A stretch of 64,000 nt of DNA from Podarcis filfolensis. Its lineage: Eukaryota. Of the stretch, positions 58,163 to 64,000 are shown piece by piece (positions within the stretch are counted from its first letter, which is position 1; every line of letters starts with the position of its first letter). A program made the translations under genes and the position numbers. Location: assembly GCA_964270895.1 (NCBI GenBank), contig OZ185441.1. One strand, given 5' to 3'. Under the pieces are notes generated by a model. It made no database searches. It saw only the letters and a program-made list of their open reading frames with translations, and was not told the origin of the DNA.

Positions 58163-59367
58163 GGTACAATCCTTAGTTGGAGATGACATGGAACACTGAG
58201 GTCCATGACATATCCATCAAACAAACATATATTTGCTACTTGGTAGCAAGACCTGAGACCAGTGCCTTTTTCCCCCCCTTCAAAAATAATGTTTAGGGGT
58301 ACTTTCATTTTGACTCAAGAAAAACCACCATTTTATGGTTCAAATTGGGAAAAATAAATACAGTAAATGGACAAAGGTACAAAGATTCACAAAACGTTTA
58401 GGGGTATGCGTACACCTGGCAAAAAAGCACTGCCTGAGAACCTGGAGAGCCACTGCTAGACAGAATAGGCAGAAGTCAGCTTGAGGGACCAGTGCTCTTA
58501 AGCAGCTCCATATGCTCACATTTAGAAACCTGTATCACCATAGTAGGCATATAGTTAATCTGATGCAGAGGTTTTCAATGCTGCTGGCATAGTCTTGACA
58601 ATAACAGGCAGAGAATAACTGCTTTTATTGATGAGAAGAGGCACCTTTTCAATCATTACCTCCTTGAAATGATATCAAGCTTGCAGCTGGTTGTCTTGGA
58701 ATCTTCTGGTGCCTAGAAATGAATAAGACTTTTTTTCTGGGTTGGAACTTAGCTAGTATCTCACCAGAGATTTGAGGGGGGGGGGAATTCCTACTTCTAA
58801 GGCATGCCTTAGTCTGCAGAAGCAGAAGAACTGTTGAGCATCTAATAATCCATAAATATGGCTGATGGATTACATTCAGTTTGCTAGTCCACATGTGTTT
58901 CAGAACTATTTGTCTGATTTTTGACTGATTTTTAAAAGCTGTAAAACTGTGGCTCTATGAAAAATAGCTCAAGGTGATAGCTAGGGATAGAGCTGGAGCA
59001 ACATTTTTGATTCAGCGCCTTCCAGACATCTAGACTGGAAGTGTTTAGATGTGACAGTAGCAAACTGACTGACATGGTGCGTAAAAGAAATGGAAACCTT
59101 CACAATGCAAAGTTTGCTGAAATGTGGTTTTGTTTTGTAAACTGCTGAAATATGTATATGAGACGACATAATTTTATTTCTGTAAACCATGAACTATGAA
59201 TAAAATTTTGTGCCTTAAGTGTAACAAACTTTGTTATGACATAAAACTATTTATGCCTATTTTAACAAATAGTTTATTTTGAAAATTGTATTTTGAGAGA
59301 AAGTGCATTTACCATGGCAATCACTTGCATGTTAGCCCCATTGTCAGCAGTGAGACTTACTCACAGG

Positions 59368-59807
59368 TAAGGATGGGTGATTTCTCTCAGTTTCTCATTT
59401 TTCCAGCCGCAAGTTGAGTTCTGCATGTTTCCACATACATTTGCAGTTTGTTGGTTCAAAAAAGACATCACGAAAATTAATCAGCATTTTAGTGCTGCAA
59501 TTTAGTATAGCATTTTTGTGTGAAATACAAATTTTGTATGAAATTTTGCCTGATATACACATTTTGACAAAACATTTTCCCTAATATAATGTGTTTTTTG
59601 CATGTTATTTTCCACTACCATATGCATTTTTATACATTTTTTTACCCTAGTATACACATTTTTTTAATGCTCATTACTTGGCTGAAGAAATCCACTACAA
59701 AATTCAAAAATGTTGCCTGTGTTTTGGTTTGTGTATTGTTTAGGAAGTGCAAATTTTGTTGGTTTCTCTTTAAATGTGAACTGAACTGTATTTCTCCTTC
59801 ATCCCTT
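59368..59807. mobile_element. TAGGGATG-terminated (hAT-like) non-autonomous element
   Basis: Inverted ends TAAGGATGGG and CATCCCT; AT-rich core shared with 5990-6130, 8515-8720 and 61488-61850. Confidence 0.6.
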
Positions 59808-60399
59808 TTCCCAGCTAAGTGATTACAGGACTGCAGCTTTAAAGAAATGAATAAACAAGGGGCTTCTAAGCATTTTCCCATTCCCTTTTTAAAAGATCGA
59901 GGTGCCAACATTTAGTGGCAGCTTTGGGAAATGCAGGTGTCCATTTCAGAATCATTAAAAAGGATTTCCCTTTATTTGAGCTTGTAACAAAGAAACTGTA
60001 ATATCAGCACAGCAATGCTTGGTAACAGAATTAGCTGTCCAAGTAAAATGAGATTTCATTCCAGGGTGAAATCATTTAGCTTTGAAAACCTGGTGGCCTT
60101 ACCAAGAGAGGGCAGTAAAGGAGTAAAAATCCCAACTGATTATTCATCTCTCTACTGGAGCTACCACTGAAGTTAACATAAAGGAAAACTGGGAGGTTTC
60201 TGCTTGGATGAAAAGTTTGTAAGTACAAGAGAAGTAAAAATAAATATAAGGTCAGTGAAATATCTTGTGAGTTGGGGTTAAGAGGAAATGAGCTCCAACA
60301 TATCCCTACCTAGGACTTCAAGTTTCTGTTGCAGGCCTAGTCACAGTGTCATTCATACCTGGGTCAATGTCTACATGTGATATATGAGTAATAACTCAG

Positions 60400-60625
60400 G
60401 CAAACAATTATCTGGCAGAGGGCCTTCTCAGTAGCGGCACCTGCCCTGTGGAATGCCCTCCCATCAGATGTCAAGGGAATAAACAACTATCTGACTTTTA
60501 GGAGACATCTGGGCAGCCCTGTTTGGGGAAAGCTTTTAATATCTGATGTTTTATCGTGTTTTTAATATTCTGTTGAGAGCCGCCCTGAGTGGCTGGGGAA
60601 ATCCAGCCTGATAGGCAGGGTATAT
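60400..60625 (+). mobile_element. L2 3' end
   Basis: GGCCTTCTCAGTAGCGGCACCTGCCCTGTGGAATGCCCTCCC...GAGCCGCCCTGAGTGGCTGGGGAAA. Confidence 0.8.
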
Positions 60626-60775
60626 CTATAATTGGGTGTATATCCATTCTAGCCTCCTGCCAGAGGGCTGGAACTGCTGCAGGGTCATGCCAGGATTATG
60701 ACCTCCCTAAGACACCGATCATTTAGAAAAGGAAGTTGATGTTATCAATTCCACAAAGGTCCTCTTCATGCATTG

Positions 60776-61116
60776 GGTAAAGGTAAAGGGACCCCTGAAC
60801 ATTAGGTCCAGTCGTGTCCAACTCTGGGGTTGCGACGCTCATCTCGCTTTATTGGCAGAGGGAGCCGGCGTACAGCTTCCGGGTCATGTGGCCAGCATGA
60901 CTAAGCCGCTTCTAGTGAACCAGAGCAGCACACGGAAACACCGTTTACCTTCCCACCAGAGTGGTACCTATTTATCTACTTGCACTTTGACGTGCTTTCA
61001 AACTGCTAGGTTGGCAGGAGCAGGAACCGAGCAAGGGGAGCTCACCCCGTCGCGGGGATTCAAACCGCCGACCTTCTGATCGGCAAGTCCTAGGCTCCAC
61101 AGTGCCACCCGCGTCC
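60776..61116 (-). mobile_element. Sauria SINE (short variant, about 12-nt deletion in the head)
   Basis: 13-bp TSD CTCTTCATGCATT at 60762-60774 and 61117-61129. Confidence 0.95.
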
Positions 61117-61487
61117 CTCTTCATGCATTATTTGTATGTAAATGGCCAACGTACACTGCACTGAGCTACTTGTACCTCACCACGCCCTATCTCAGGAACT
61201 TACAGAAATGCTCAGAGGTTGGGAGGCAGGTAAGCAGCGCTATCCTACCTGCACCATCTCACCTAATGCTACTGGAGAAAGATGCTGTGAAGACACACAT
61301 TTGGCCTCACCCCTGAAGTTGTGCTTCTTTCTCCTGCTCTGATCGTTCCTGCACTGAGCATGATGTCTGCAGCAAGGAGACTACTCTGTACATGGAGGCT
61401 TCCCAAACAATCTCCCTGATTCCTGATCTCCATATACACATGATAAGAGATCAAGAGACCAGGAGATCATTTACTAATTTTTTCCCC

Positions 61488-61850
61488 TAGGGATGCTTGA
61501 GTAATTTAATTTCTGTTAACTTCAGTGCAAACTGACCTGACCTGACCAGCCCAGACAAATGTGCAGATCCGAACCTAACATCTCCAAATTTTATATAGTT
61601 CTAAGTTGAAAGAAACATCCACAGGTGCATTAAAATATGTATCTTAGGATTATTAAGAAATGTGCACAGTGAGATAAAATAGCATTTAAATCAATATTTG
61701 GGGGTATATTTAAGTACAGACTTAAATATGTATATTATTATACTTTTTTTAAAAAATGCAGATTAATGTAGAACCTGGACAGATCAGAATGATGAATGCA
61801 CACATTTGAAACAGAAATGGACCAGGAATCTCTAGGTTGCACATGTGCCT
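61488..61850. mobile_element. Degraded TAGGGATG-terminated element
   Basis: Starts TAGGGATG; AT-rich core resembles 59368-59807 in reverse. Confidence 0.45.
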
Positions 61851-63032
61851 CTATCATGTGATTAATGGAAAAAAATATTCTTATCAATTATGCTATGCTT
61901 TGAGAAAGTACCTGATTTTTTTAAAAGCGATAATTGCATTCAGAGTGAAACTCTGCTGCAGAACAATCCCTACATAACAAATTATTAACATGTATTAAAT
62001 TAAGGGGACATCAGAGAATTAGAATACTGCATTGTTCCAGAGGCAGTGACTATAACTAATGAGACTCTCTTAAAAATAGGGCTTTCTACACTATGTGCTT
62101 GCTTATTAAAATTATATAATCACTCAAGTTGATTTTTCTCACTTCCATGGAAAACTGCTTTATTGTTCCATCCACTGTTCTCCTTCTGCTGAATTCATCT
62201 TTTCAGACATTTCATTCTATAAGGTCTGCCAACTGTTTTTAGGAAAACACAGACATCTTAAAAAACATTGCCTGGCTGTCAACACAGTTCATAACAAGAT
62301 CACTGGACAGAATCTAGCTCTCATTGTATTGCAGTATAACCTCCCACTCCCATCACACAGTTTCCGCAGTTTGCTTTCCAGGATCCTGGGAAAGAATGGG
62401 CACCAGAGGACCTCACTCTCCAATTCCAAGATTAGTATGTTCATGGTCAGAGCAGCTTCCCAGTACATGAGTGATGCTCAGCTCTCCCTGCCCTTGGAAT
62501 GCACCATGAGGGGAATGCTTTTCACTGGTCACCACCAGTGGAGATTCAGCCAGCAGCACACCTTGGGGAAAGCAGAAAGGTGGCTTGAAAGTTGTAAGAC
62601 CACAGTCAGATCTGAGTGAGCAACATGCTCCAAGAAATGTTGGGATCAGACTGAGGCCGTTTATGCCTCTGTCTCCAGACTACTTCCTCCAAGCTCCACC
62701 CCCTTGAAAGAACTTAAGAGCCTTAAAGGGCCAACCCTCTGGTCTAAAGATTGGCACCTTCATCCCGTGCCCTCCTGGTGTGCTGCTTTAGGAATTGCTA
62801 TGGCAGCATCACATAGTAAATTTCATAAATGTCCAGCTGTCAACTACTAAATATTATTCCACATCAGCCGTAAGGTCATATATTAACCAATATTGCAGAT
62901 CACCCATTAAATAATGTCAAAAGAAATGACAATGGATGTCAACTATCAGATACTATCACATATCAAATATTAAAATCAAAGACTGGAGTGACACCTCAAC
63001 TATGTAATTCAAATGCAACTGAATTTAAAATA

Positions 63033-63274
63033 CAGTGGTACCTCGGGTTAAGTACTTAATTCGTTCCGGAGGTCCGTCCTTAACCTGAAACTGTTCTTAA
63101 CCTGAAGCCCCACTTTAGCTAATGGGGCCTCCTGCTGCTGCTGCGTCGCTGGAGCTCAATTTCTGTTCTCATCCTGAAGCAAAGTTCTTAACCCGAGGTA
63201 CTATTTCTGGGTTAGCAGAGTCTGTAACCTGAAGTGTATGTAACGTGAAGCATATGTAACCCGAGGTACCACTG
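63033..63274 (+). mobile_element. Tigger/pogo-like MITE, 242 bp
   Basis: TIR CAGTGGTACCTCGGGTTA at both ends and TA flanks. Confidence 0.92.
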
Positions 63275-64000
63275 TATAGACCCACATAATATTAACTAAA
63301 AATGTCATTAGGGAACATTTGATATCAACCATCAGAGAATATTGAGGACAATTCTGGGAAGGAAATTCATTTCAGCTCTAAAATAAGCCAAAATCCTTTC
63401 CTTAATACACAAACTTTTGCTTAGAAACTTTAGGTGCTGGGAATCTTCACTTTCAATATTATAATTCAGTATTTCAGAAATACCAAGAAACATCAAGTCT
63501 TGAGGGGTGGGGAGAAGACGACATGTAGCAAATGTATAATGAGCTCTGGTTTTTAGAATATTTCTGTGGGGGCAAAACTGCTGAGCATAAGTGGTACTCT
63601 TGAAGGCAATTGATGTGATTCATTGGCACAGAACCATTTGACAAGCATTGCTGATTTAATTACACTATTAACATTTGTTCATGCTCTCGGAGTACCAAGC
63701 CATGCGTCTTAAAACAAGTTTTATCTTTTAAACATATTTTTAAAAATGATTTTGTTGCTCAGCTTTCATAGACAAATAATTGATCAGCTGCCAAGCAAAG
63801 CATTCAGACTGATGTTATTGATAGAGCTACCCTCTCCCAGGAATTTATTTAGAGTTCTAATTAAGCCAAAGAGAGGGGAGAATAAAGAGACCACCACCCC
63901 GTTAAAATGATTTGAGCTTGTATTTTGCTCACTTCACAGCCACAGAGCAAGCAATATCTCTAGCCAAATGTTGTTTGAGATCTAAACTTATAACCACTCG

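Noticed and set aside
1-64000. Prokaryote-type systems (CRISPR arrays, operons, defence islands)
   Set aside because: The sequence is vertebrate repeat-rich DNA. There is no regularly spaced repeat-spacer array and no compact gene cluster.

Overview
Vertebrate nuclear DNA, AT-rich and gene-poor, most likely a large intron or intergenic region of a lizard. Sauria SINEs, squamate tRNA-headed SINEs, Bov-B, RTE, L2 and CR1 together point to a squamate, probably a lacertid (inference). Nearly everything I can identify is a transposable element or its remnant: nine near-complete or 5'-truncated Sauria SINEs plus one head-only piece, six copies of a TA-flanked Tigger/pogo-like MITE plus one related element, fragments of RTE, Bov-B, L2, CR1 and L1, a solo LTR with a 5-bp TSD, hAT-like MITE ends and microsatellites. 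There are two assembly gaps. I could not recognise any host protein-coding gene. Several splice-site-bounded open frames are listed at low confidence, the best being 38960-39191 (+). I did not find convincing evidence of a new biological system. The most unusual directly visible feature is a ~62-bp direct repeat that brackets an RTE LINE fragment like a very long target-site duplication. Family names come from recalled consensus features, not from a database search.
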